A program made the position numbers and the translations under genes. From positions 1,364,001-1,428,000 of the forward strand of contig NW_027191406.1 of the NCBI RefSeq assembly GCF_041146345.1: a stretch of 64,000 nt of DNA, in the 5' to 3' direction. The stretch is from Neodothiora populina (taxonomy: Eukaryota). Positions 22,015-34,005 of this stretch are shown here, in pieces (positions within the stretch are counted from its first letter, which is position 1; each line of letters begins with the position of its first letter). Below the pieces are notes generated by a model. The model was not told the DNA's origin, did not search any database, and saw nothing but the letters and a program-made list of their open reading frames with translations.

Positions 22015-24425
22015 TCATATTCCGCTGTCCAGCTGCTTGTACCGCAAGCCCCATTCGTCCCACTTCTTGCATCCCTGCTTGACGGGATCGAGAGCAGCAA
22101 CGCCACCCATCGCGCTGGTGATTTCGTTTTCTCTTTCTAGGATCTGGAGGGCAAGACCGCTGTTTTCGTGATCAGTACGCAATGCTTCACTTGCTCACAA
22201 ACGCCGGATGCGAAATGTTGGTGATGAGGGGGATATTATCCTGGCTATGTGTTGGGGAGGATGAGGAAGACCTTACCTAGCAGCATGGAACGCGATATGA
22301 CAGTGTACGAGCCAAACCCCGGGATTATCGGGCTTGAACGCAAGAGCAAGGTAGCCGCTCTGGTCCAACATTGCGACATCTCTTCGTGGGGGATTGTTAA
22401 AGTTGAAGTTGGGCATATCGCGCGAGGCGTTGAAAGTTGAGTTCTCCTGAGCGAGAATGACAAAGTCATGGCCGTGGAGATGGATAGGATGCGCTGCAGG
22501 GATCTCGTTCTTGTCGCGGTGAAGTACGTCGGTGAGGTTCTGAGCGGTTATGATCAGCCAGACGTAACCTGCGGTGAAGTTGTCTGGGCAGAAGCTAATG
22601 TCAGTCCATGAGTCCATCGACGAACGAAGAAAAATCTGTCACGTACAATCAATGACGGCATAATTGGACGGATACACAAAACCAGAGTTGTCTGTATGCA
22701 CGATGGTTGGGTCGCTATAGTTCAAGAACAATGGGTCATTCGCAAGGTCCCATCTCGCGTACCCAGAGTCGGTAACCTCGTTCGATGCAGGAGCAATGCC
22801 GGCTTCGAAAGTGTACGCATCGAGGCTACCTAAAATCTGGTCCTTACGAGGGTACCATGGGACAACGGGGTTGAGACTTGCGCGAGGCTCGTCTGCACAT
22901 GCAGTCCTGAATTGCTGAGTGTGGGTAGCAGGTGTGTTGGCAACGAAACCGGCATATGTCAAGATGCCCGTGGTCTCCAAAGATTGTTCGATGCTACCAC
23001 AACCAGTCGCCAGGCGAGTTCGAATCCAGTAATTGCCGCCCGTGGCTTCGAGTTCTTTGTCATCTGTCTTTGCATGAACGATGACTGAATATCGCTGGCC
23101 TATATCATGTCAGTTCGAAAGCCTTATGCAGGTCGCTAAACAGAGAAGTATATTCATACCTATACCGAGAAACAGTGAGTCAGTCTTATAAGGTGTTATT
23201 GCCACAAGATCAGTCGCAATTATTTCCAGCTCGTGGCCGTCAATTGAGAAGATAAACATTGACTCGGAAGATGCATTGATGAGTCGCAGCAGATGTCGTT
23301 TGCCCTTCTTCACTGTCATCTTGAAGGGGGCCCCTGGCACAACAGCGCCCGCATCAGAGCAGTGTGGGTTTGGAATACATTTGCCAGGACCAGAACTTAG
23401 CTTGCAGGGTGAACAGCACTTAGGGTCTTCATTACTGCAGCTAAAGGTACCAGTTCCATTGAAGATGATGTTGTCCATCAGCGGAGGTGCACCGAGAAGC
23501 TCCTCCCGAAAGAGGTCATCGGCGCCATCGTGAGCCCAATCATTGATGAGCACAGGCTGGAACGCTTCATCATAGGAAGCGCTACTAGGCCCGTAAAGAG
23601 TGAGAGCAGCTGCAATGCCATCACTGTACTGTAACTTGTAATGCGAGTGGTACCAAGTGGTTCCGTATTGCGTAATGTCAAACTTGTAGGTGAACGTATC
23701 GTTGAGGGCAATTGGGCATTGCGTGACACCTGCAAGCGTCAGTCGCGGTCTAGACAAGCAAGTAAGAAGTCAATGTGTTACCATTCACACCATCCATCTG
23801 GTTCGAACCATGCTGTCTTATACCATGCCAATGTATAGTTGTGCCATTGTCGATGATCTTGTTCGTGACATGGACAATCACGGTATCACCCCAGCAAGCC
23901 TCAAGCACAGGCCCAGGATAGGTACCGTTGAAGGTTAGACCCGACTCCTTGACATAGCCATCAAGAGTAAGAACTGTCGATTCGACATTGAGCCAGTACT
24001 GGAGCTACAGTCAGTCGAATGTGATGCCTGAACTGAGCGGCCTTTCCCACCTCACGAGTGACTCCAGGCGGAGCTATGTCCTCATCTTGATTTCATCAGT
24101 GTACATTCATATCCGCAAGGCATGGGGAATTGGGCATACAATTGGTATGGATATCATACTTGTCTCCAGTCCTGGTGTTCTTCAGCCAGCAGGAGCGATC
24201 ATTCGCAGTATTGCACGCCATCCAGCCGTTCCCTAACTTGGGGTAGTGACACTGGAAAGCACCTGTTGTAGCATTGTGAGGTGAGAAGGTAACTCCTCGT
24301 GTGTGAGAAGTCACATCTGAAATTGGAAGTCTAAGTGGTTCTTGACCAAGGTCATACTCGATCACATGGGCAAGGGCAGCGAACTTCAGAATGGTCTCCC
24401 AACAGGTCTTCGCAACGCCCATCAT
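22015..24425 (-). CDS. Laccase / multicopper oxidase; 7 exons (24425-24140, 24085-24051, 23998-23782, 23729-23160, 23099-22647, 22583-22277, 22159-22015)
   Basis: All four Cu motifs after splicing: TTIHWHGIRQ, WYHSH, HPIHLHGH, HCHIAFHAASGL; ascomycete laccase C-terminus DSGI*; six GT-AG introns restore the frame. Confidence 0.92.
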
Positions 24426-27037
24426 CTTGAGTAGTGAGTTTGAGGTGAATTGAGCAGCTTAGCTCTTACGAAAAGCGGTCTTCACGAGGCTTTTTAAGCT
24501 TACTCAGAGCAATATTCATCGATACACACCGATTGCCTCATGAGGAATGTGAGACCTCAGCTCGATCCCAGTACGCCTTGCCGTATGCATAGTAGAGAGT
24601 CGCATTGCGCCTCCGCCTTATTATTGGTAGAGTAACAAGAGACCAGTTTACAGAAGGATTGTACGGTTTCCCGTTTTCCCAGTGATTCCGAGACAGAGAT
24701 ATGAACGAGATTTTGATGATGGCGCATGCAAAAGCCACTGAGGAGGGGCCCGCTTACGTGAGAGGAAGATGATACGAAAGGCTGAAGGTCCAGCGCTCAG
24801 GCGGTGATCGGTTTTATTGACTTTCAGATTCGTGAAGTTGACGAGTATGAATTGTCTCAACCCAGATTGTTGAGATTGCTTGTTAAAGGCAGTAATCATC
24901 AGCCGCAGGCTCTCGACACTGTGAGACTTGGGGACTTGTCTTCGCGTGCCATGTGCTCGAGGTGGGACAGGCCGCGTGGTTGACTGCTTTAATGTAGGAC
25001 CATGAGAGACTTGCATTCATCGGTATCCCCGCCTTGGCTGACCACGATACCTCGAGCTGAAGGCCACCATAAGTTGGTGGCCTTACATCCACTACCGAGT
25101 ATGTGCAAAGCAGAAGCGAGCTGAGTGAGCGTATCTCATCCGCACGTTGGATCACATAATGAAACACGACCAATCAGCAGCTTACAATTCCCTATAGCAA
25201 CACACGGGACTTGCCAACTCGAAAGCTGATGCCAAGGCCTCAGTTCCAAGCACTGCGTCCAAGTAGTTTCTAGTGACACACTGCAATCCCTCGAGCATGC
25301 ACCCCTTTGAAGACCATTCTTTGGGGTTTGATGTCCAAAGGTGATTATAGAAAGTCCAGCATTTCAGTTTGTTACACGACTGCAAGTTGATTCTCGGCAG
25401 CCGTCTACTCACCATCACCACTAGACCGCTCATGTCACAAGATGGCGGCTTATGGCTGACCTGAACGGCAGAAAAGATATGCTTGCGCGTTCTGACGCAG
25501 CCTCATGGACCGCCTCATTCATATCGAGATGGAGGACCACTTTCTTCCGACGTCATGTCAACCAGCCATACGAGTCCGATCACGACTCTATCCACTTGCA
25601 GCACCTGGCTACCTGCATCGGTGGGTTCGTGTAGAGAGGATCTGGTCTCTCCCCCAGTCCACAGCATTACTATAGCTTGGATGACAATTGAGCCTCATCC
25701 TGCTGTCACAGGGACCGATGGCAGCAAGGATCCAGACTCAAGGTAGGTGACATGAGCCTTGACAGTGACAAAGACTATGTGTCTTGTTAGTAGTGAGGTT
25801 GCACGGTGCAGTGTGTGCGCCTTTCCATGCCACCGTCAAGAGGTGTGATGTGCTGATATCCTCTATTGCCACCGCGGCTGGTCTACTCTACTAAGAGTCA
25901 CGTGGTAGAATATGGCATAGCTTTGAAATCTTGCTGTACATCATCGTGAACCACATCAATTCAAGCTCGAGACCGGATATAGGATCGTGGTGTCGCAAAG
26001 TCCTATACACAAAGGTCCATGCTGGAGAGCTTTTCTGTTCAGTCGACAATGCACACCTTCGGAGTTCGGAGCTGCTCCGTCAGTTCGCCATGTAATAACT
26101 GTCATCTTGTTCTGTCAGTCGACCGCCAAGGTCTCTTCATTTGACGGATGATATGCTTTTAGTGTTCTCGTCGCGTACAAAAAACTACTGCATTTCACAG
26201 ACTCAATATAACGCGTTCAAGTCAGCAACTTCTGCATTTGTGAAAGGCAGTGGTCGACAAGGCTAACAATACTCCCCGAGATCTCGTCTGTTGATAGATT
26301 TGCGGATCCAACTAATGCATCGAGAGCAAGGCCGCGCAGAGCAGAGGAAAAGTAGTGTCAGTGCAGTGCCATAGCAAATACTCTTGCTCTGAATCTAACA
26401 TGCTTGATCTGTTGTTGTGGTTGTTGCTCCATGCGGTGAGGTGCGTGGAAGCAAGGTGACATTCTTCATGGCGTGTCATTCACCTTCAATAAGTGTCCCA
26501 CCCTGAAAACTTATTCAGGGTTACTGGCCATGGCAGGGCGGCGGAAGAAGCTTCCGATCGATGAACGACCAAGATCTGATTCGGAAAGGTAAGGGCTTGA
26601 TGATAGCTCTGTTCCTATTGGCTGCAAAGGATGCCAGGGTAAAGCCATTTACACCGCCAGATAGACGTCCTCCTTTCGCCTGCATCTCCACAGACACGAT
26701 TTCCAGCGGGATAGAAGTCTGCTCCAGGGTGTGTCTCATATATATCGAAACATCACCTGGGTCTTGCGAAAACAAGACCGTTTGCTGCGTCTCGTGGTCG
26801 ACTTGTAGGTGTACATGATTACCTACCGTACTCCAAAGACCCATAGAGATCGTCATCATCACGTTCATCAAGCCAAGCCCTAAAAGTACCGGTACAGAGC
26901 ACGGAGAACTTCACGACCGTCGCGTTTCTGGGGTCAATTGTTATATCATTTCGAGAACACCCGCTCCATCATATACCACGACATGTCCCCGAGTATAGAA
27001 GACGTCTCAGTCTAGGATTCTGGAAGGCCGGAAGAAC

Positions 27038-28810
27038 ATGGCCCTGTCGAACATATCAGTGCCGGAAATCCAGTCGCAAATAGCCCCTCGGCAACTCCAC
27101 ATCCTCTTCTCTTCGAGTGGGTGTACAGATGCAGCCATCGTGAGAAACCTCCTGCCATCCCTGGTCAGCATACCAGATTGCTCAGTCAAGGCGATACTGG
27201 ATATCGGCTACGGAAATGCAGACCTTATCTCCGCTTCTTCTGAATGTCTCACCATTCCCAACATCATTCGGGCGCAGACCAAGTCTGTACAGGACACTGA
27301 GAAATTAGAAGAGGAGGCGGCAGATCTGTGCCAATGGGCTGACATACTCGTGCTGGCACCTATTGATGCCAACAATCTCGCCAAGATGCTACACGGCGGA
27401 ACAGACAATCTGCTGCTAGAAATACTCAGGAGTTGGAATGTGTCGAAAAAGGTGCTTATGGTGCCAGGCATGTCGTGTCTCATGTGGGAGAACCCCATGA
27501 CGAAGAAGCAACTCACCAAGATCAGGCGGAAATGGAATTGGGTACAAGTTCTACCGCCAATTCTCTGGACCTTCGAAGATGGCAAGAAGCGCATCAAGTC
27601 TCGCGAGGTTTTCTTCGAGCTTACCGAAACTGTGCGAAACCAGGTCGACCTTATGAACATCGGTCACGGCGTGCAAGTTTCCCCTACGCAGAAAGGCGTC
27701 CGGTATCAGAAGAGCTCTAGCACTCGTCGTTCGACCAACTTTCTGCCGCCGGAGTTATGGACTATGATCCTCGATGCTTCCGGAGATTGGGAGTTGGCGA
27801 AAACCTTACACATATATACTAATCTTCCACCCCCACCGGAGTGGCAACAACATGCCAGTCCCAAGGGTCCTCAGAACTACATGGAGCAGCTTGAGTATAC
27901 TCTGCTCACTGGTCAACTCTCCGACATTAAAGCATTCATAGCTGCCAACAGTGTTCCGCGCTGGATGAGTCGACTATGTATCAAGCTCATCATGCGCTTC
28001 GCCATGACGTCTCTCCTCTCATATCTCGAGTCCGAACATAAACATCTCTTCCTCAGTATCTTCGGCTCTACCTTCCTGCCTGATAAAGCATCCTCGGTAT
28101 TCGGTAGAACAGAGATACTCGATTTCTGGAACACGAGCCCGAGCTTCCTGACGAAAAACTATACGGCTGAAGCTGTCGATGGGGCAAGCAGACAGGGCTT
28201 TGTTCATGTGCTAGAATGGTGGCAGAAAAGCGGTCTCAAGCTGCTATATACAGAAGCTGCTTTGGAGCAAGCGAGCTCACAAGGCCATATGGATGTTCTA
28301 GAATGGTGGCATAATCTGATAAGCCATCAACCCATGGAGCATGACACCACTGGATCTGACTCGATGACGACTGCATCCGAAAACCATCGTCGACCACTCA
28401 AATCAAAGCCAGGAAAAAGTATTTGCTACGCGACGCAGGCTGGAAATGCAGATGTGGTGCGATGGTGGGTTGAGTCGGGTATTGCTTTCGCGCATGAGGA
28501 CACAGTTGCAAAATTGGCCAGCACGCACGGCCACGTCAATGTTCTCGAGACGTGGCACGAGCTCAAGGGCTCGAAGATGATCTACGATAACCAAGTCCTG
28601 GTCGGCGCAACGAAGATGGGACACGTAGACGTTCTGGAATGGTGGAAACAGAGTGGACTACGAGTCGAGTACAAGACTTGCGATGTCGAGGAGGCCCTCG
28701 AAGACGGTATAGAGGGAAGGAAAGGTGACGAGGTACGCAGGTGGTGGGCCAGGAATGGTCTCAATCTTGGCGTTGGCACATCTGAATGGATGAAACCGAA
28801 AGTGCTCTGA
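27038..28810 (+). CDS. HFCD (PPC decarboxylase/Hal3-like) flavoprotein domain fused to ankyrin-like repeats
   Basis: WADILVLAPIDANNLAKM..G..DNLL..ILRSW....VPGM..MWENP matches the HFCD core; six or seven C-terminal repeats of type A...GH.DVLEWW. Confidence 0.85.
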   Translation: MALSNISVPEIQSQIAPRQLHILFSSSGCTDAAIVRNLLPSLVSIPDCSVKAILDIGYGNADLISASSECLTIPNIIRAQTKSVQDTEKLEEEAADLCQWADILVLAPIDANNLAKMLHGGTDNLLLEILRSWNVSKKVLMVPGMSCLMWENPMTKKQLTKIRRKWNWVQVLPPILWTFEDGKKRIKSREVFFELTETVRNQVDLMNIGHGVQVSPTQKGVRYQKSSSTRRSTNFLPPELWTMILDASGDWELAKTLHIYTNLPPPPEWQQHASPKGPQNYMEQLEYTLLTGQLSDIKAFIAANSVPRWMSRLCIKLIMRFAMTSLLSYLESEHKHLFLSIFGSTFLPDKASSVFGRTEILDFWNTSPSFLTKNYTAEAVDGASRQGFVHVLEWWQKSGLKLLYTEAALEQASSQGHMDVLEWWHNLISHQPMEHDTTGSDSMTTASENHRRPLKSKPGKSICYATQAGNADVVRWWVESGIAFAHEDTVAKLASTHGHVNVLETWHELKGSKMIYDNQVLVGATKMGHVDVLEWWKQSGLRVEYKTCDVEEALEDGIEGRKGDEVRRWWARNGLNLGVGTSEWMKPKVL

Positions 28811-29716
28811 AGTCGAAATCTGAATCAGCACACGTCCCCAATTTGACGATTCGTTCTTCTCTGGCACTATGCAGTGCAGAGCCGAGTGTTTTTTGTATCG
28901 TTCGTCAAAGTCGACTTTCATGTATATAACTTAGATTACTATCATTATTTGCATGGCGCTGGTGGTGTTACCCAGGTATTTCTATCTTTAGCATCACGAC
29001 TTACTCTGGTTATAGATAATCATGTACCTCGGACATACCTCGATGGACAAATGTACTTCTTGATACCTACCTTAGGTACCTAGCTTTAGCTCAACCACGC
29101 TTTATCTGCATCACAGCCCCGGCTTGCTGCCTATGCGACCTATATCTGCTTATGATCCGAAAATATCGCACACATGCTATACCTTTAAGCCCAATACAAA
29201 TGTACTACAGTGAACAGGTAAAAACATCGAACAGTAAGGCAACAAGTTAGTTCCTCGGAGGCTAAACTCGCTTCATAAACCTCCTTGCAGATCCTCAAGC
29301 CAAGCAGATTTGACGGCTGTCAATCCCCCACGTGCGCCACGTTGGTGCTTATAGCCTAGCCGTGATCTGCGGGAACGCCGCGGGGGACCACTGAACTTGG
29401 CAGACGCGATCTAGTTCTGCTGTACTACACACGAAATTCTCACAACATTGGGGACCATTTGTTTGCTTATACCCGATACAAAGTGTCGCAGCTGTTATCC
29501 CTGTGACTTCTGAATACCATCTATGCTTGGCAAGGATCGCGAATCTTTCTGATCCCAAATACTGTCTCTCATTCTCGGCGACTTATAGTGTAGCGCCATC
29601 TGTGTTTTGGTCGTTGAAATAGTGACGAGTCTCTTCTCGTCTCCTTATCTTCTGCATATAGAGCATGCTTGGGTGAATTATTGCCTGCTTCAACGAAGAA
29701 GCCGCCAAACGAAACC

Positions 29717-32700
29717 ATGCCGACCAATATGAATGTCGAGGACATGACTCCTACGCAGCGTGCTCGCTACGAGAGCAAGCGGGAACACGAGTTCTACAGG
29801 TTAGATGCACTTACCACAACTGTAATCTCATCGCATTTGGCTGACCTATTTCGCAGCTACTACGAACCCATTCGTGCGCTGAATGCATCCGAGCTGGCTT
29901 GGACTGATCTCAATTCTCCCGAGGCAGTGTCTGCACATCGCCCCTCATCTTCGCCGGACAAGGCATTGACAGCGTTCTGCCAGCTCGCGGCTATTCGTCT
30001 TGGCATGAGGCGAGCGATGGTGTTTTTCTTTGACATTGACTCTGCCTATATTCTTGCTGAGGCGACTCGGACTTTGTCCCTGCAAGATGACGACCTTTAC
30101 GAGGCGAAGGACGAGTTGTGGCTGGGCGCCACCAAGATTCCTCGTGGTTTCTCTGTATGCGAACACACCGTCAATCTACCAGCTAATGGAGGCAGTAATT
30201 CTAGAGACGACAATTCAGATGTCATCCATATCATCAATAACCTCAGCGAGGACACGCGTTTTTGCAACAGACCTTATGTTACTGGTGGGCCCAAAGCTCG
30301 ATTCTATGCTGGTGTACCAATAACCACTTCCAAGGGATTAAATATTGGTGCTTTTGTATGTATTGGATACTCATGTACTAAGGAAATCATCGCTAACAAC
30401 AGATAGTGGTGAGATGTATGGGGCTGTCATGGTTTGGATATGTTTCAGCTAACATAGTGTGATTCACAGCGTGCTAGATGATAATGTTCGCGAAGGTCTG
30501 GATGCGAAGAGTACTGGATTCCTTCAGGAGATGGGCAGTGCTGTTATGAGCCATCTGGAGATGGTTCGCGCCATGGCCGAGCAGCGTAGGGGAGCTCGAA
30601 TGGTGTCTGCCCTCAGCGCCTTCATGGAAGGCTCCTCCGACGCATGGCAACAATCCAACCAAGCGTCTGGCAGCACTATGACTGATATAAATTCTGCCAG
30701 ACGTCCGTCACTCGACAAGTTCGGGAGGATGCAACCAGGCGACAAAGTGGTGAGGCCGGATCAAACTGCGAGCCTGGCAGGTGACGCTCTGCCGAAAGCG
30801 CTAGAAACCCCAAAATCGCTGCCAAATACTACTAGAGCTTCAGATATGAAGCCGAACATAGCCGAGGATGTGGACTGCACGGGCTCGTCAGACGATCTTG
30901 CTAGCATATCAGTATCCAGTGCCTCTACAACGGAAGAAGACCCCGAGCTGAAATCCCATGGTCGCACTGTACGGGGAACCCTGCAAACAGCCGCAGATCT
31001 CATCCGCACAGCGGTAGATGCGGATGGTGTACTTTTCCTGGATGCGACCATATCTGGCTTTGGGGAATTGATTAATAGTTCGATGATCAATAGCACTCCA
31101 GATGACGACATTGATACCACGACCAGTGGCGCGGAAGGAACTGAAGGAACAGGCAGCGAGGCCGACTCCATTAGTGTTTCGCCTAGTCAGAGGGAGGCTG
31201 CTCTCGAGACATCATGTGCGTTGCTCGGAGCTTCTTATGCATCAAGAAATGATCCAGAAGTCTCACACAGTCTGCCCGCACGAAAGTTGTTACACTCATT
31301 GCTGAGATATCATAAGCGCGGAAAGATTTGGAACTTCAGTATTGCCGGTGGAGAATCTGTAGACATTATGACATCAGAAAGCTACAGTGCTTCTGACACT
31401 GGATCTGCAGTACTTCCACAAGACGCGAATGCAGGCAGCGAGACATCCAAAAAAAGGCGTAAAAGACTCACAAAAGCGGCATGGGGCAAGGACCTAGGAC
31501 AGTTGTTCCCTGGTGTACGAAGCCTCATGCTTCTCGGCCTATGGGATCCTAGCCGAGACAGGTGGTACGCTGGTTGTATCATCTGGACATACTCGCCTAT
31601 ACGCGTCTTTTCTCAAGAGGGTGAGATGCATTATCTTACAGCTTTCTGCGATGTCATCATGGCAAAACTCGGCCGCTTGGACGTGGAGCTTGCAAACAAG
31701 GCCAAGTCAGACTTCATATCTTCGATAAGCCACGAGCTCCGGTCTCCCCTTCACGGCATTCTTGGTACGGTTGAGATCATGCAAGATCAGGTGAGGGACC
31801 CTGCGACTAGTGGTATGATCACCCAGATCGAGGCCTGCGGCCGTACCCTGTTGGATATCGTGGACCACCTACTAGACTTCTCCAAGATCAACTTTTTCGC
31901 AAAGCGAACCCTTGTGGCAGCTGACCCAGCTCAGAAGGGGCGCAGGAGCCTGAGCGCCAGGGTGAATAAGAGACGAAGTCTTGGTGGTATGATCTCCGTA
32001 GATGCCGATGTGGCTCTTGATCAGATCACGGAAGAAGTCATAGAAACTGCGGTATACTCGTACTGCTGCTCGAAAGACCAAAGGGTCCTGTCTGCGCGGA
32101 ATCTCACCGTAATCGTGGACATCGACAGATCTCTTGGAGTGTCTTGGAGATGTCGCGTTGCCGTTGGTGCCTGGAAACGCATATGCGTCAATCTTGTCAA
32201 CAATGCGTTGAAGTATACAGCAGAGGGCTACATTGCTGTTTCACTCAAGATGCTGCCTCACACTACCAAGGAGAAGCGGCCATGTGCGCAATTCACGGTG
32301 ACAGATAGTGGCCGAGGGATGTCGAAGGAATTCTTGGAGAATCAACTTTTCCACGCTTTCACACAAGAAGACGACTTAGCAGAAGGTACAGGACTAGGTA
32401 TGAGTATGGTCGCTAAGATTGTGAAAGGTATCAAGGGTAAAGTGGATGTTCAAAGCGGAAAAGGCATCGGAACCATTGTTACTGTCACTGTGCCATTGGA
32501 ATTGAGCCGTCCCTCTCGTCAGAAAGAGCCCGCGGAGAAAAAACAAAAAGAAGCGCAGCGCGACCTGACTGCTCTCGCGATGGACGTGCTTGGCCCACCG
32601 ACGCCGGAAGGTCAGAGTCCTACCGAGGTGGGTATAAGACTGTTGCTCAAAACATTACGCAAGACGTGTGACGAGCTTGGGATTGCTTTGTCCGGACCCA

Positions 32701-34005
32701 GCTGGACAGTGTCGGACGCGAGCGTGCTGTCTATGATCACAGAGGCAGACATACCTCAATTACTACATCTCTTACAGTCGGCACCTCACGACATCAGCCA
32801 GGAGGAACTTGCCCTTGTCTCACAGCTACGGTACAAGCCTCTGGTGATTTTGTGTAATGACTACATGTCTGCACGTCGGCTGAAGAAGTCTGACCTCAGT
32901 CAACTTGTGGAAGGTCATATCGAGTATATCTCTCAACCCTGCGGTCCACAACGGCTTGCTATCGCTTTGCAGACGTGTCTCTCTGGCTCTATAAGTCCGC
33001 CATTTTCTCCTATCGGGATTGATAATGTCCCAACACCTCGAGCGCGTCCGAACCGCTTGTCCATGACGATGCCAGACTTTGACGGTTCGATGGCTTATCA
33101 TAGTGATAGTCAAGGATCACGCACGGCTACCCCATTGACAGCCATTGCGATTCCAAACCGACCGGATGGACACATCGGTGTCAGTCCAGGCACGTCAATA
33201 CTCCGCTGGAACGACACAATGACTGATGACGCTTCTGATACCCGTGAAGGCTCAATCAGTGAATACCCATTTCCTCAAGTTCCAGTCATGACTGAGTTGG
33301 CCGAGAAGCTTGCAGATACAGCTATCTCACTAAGAAAAGATTCGCAAGCTACAGGGCAGGGCAAGCGGAAGCCAGGATCCAGCATCGACCCTTCGAAGTC
33401 TTGTCTCCTTCTGGTAGATGATAATGTACGTATAAACCCGGACACGTAACGTCCTTCGCTGACAATACTTCCAGGCTATCAATCTCCAGCTCCTTGTAGC
33501 CTATGCCAAGAAGCATGGCCATCTGGCGCTCACGGCACGAGATGGATCTGAAGCAGTTGAAACATACAAGACGGCTGCTATTGCTGCAAGAAAATCTGTC
33601 TCTGCCGAACACAAGAATAGCAATAAAAGCGGAAACAGCAACCAGACATCTCCGCAGTTGAATACTGACGCACAGGGCTCACCCAACGCTGCTCGAAGTG
33701 TCAAGCCAACGGTCATCCTGTTGGACATATCCATGCCCGTAATGAACGGCTTCGAAGCCACTCGACACATCCGAGCATTCGAGCATCGTCACAAAATTGA
33801 GCCTGCCACCATTGTGGCTCTGACGGGACTGGGGTCCGCTGACGCTCAACGCGAGGCGTATATCAGCGGTGTAGATCTGTTCCTGACGAAGCCTGTCAGA
33901 CTCAAGGAGCTTACGAATCTGCTGAAGGACATCGAAGAGGGCAATCACAACAACGAAGGTGGCAAGCACAGCGTTAGTCCACGAAGCGGCGATGATTCTG
34001 GATGA
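29717..34005 (+). CDS. Hybrid sensor histidine kinase (GAF-HisKA-HATPase-REC); exons 29717-29799, 29857-30355, 30407-30408, 30470-33425, 33475-34005
   Basis: GAF (DTRF..RPYV..GP.ARFYAGVPI...G.NIGAFCVLD), H-box ISHELRSPLHG, N-box NLVNNALKYT, G1 DSGRG, G2 GTGLG, receiver LLVDDN/LLDISMPVMNG/TKP; start codon uncertain. Confidence 0.9.
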
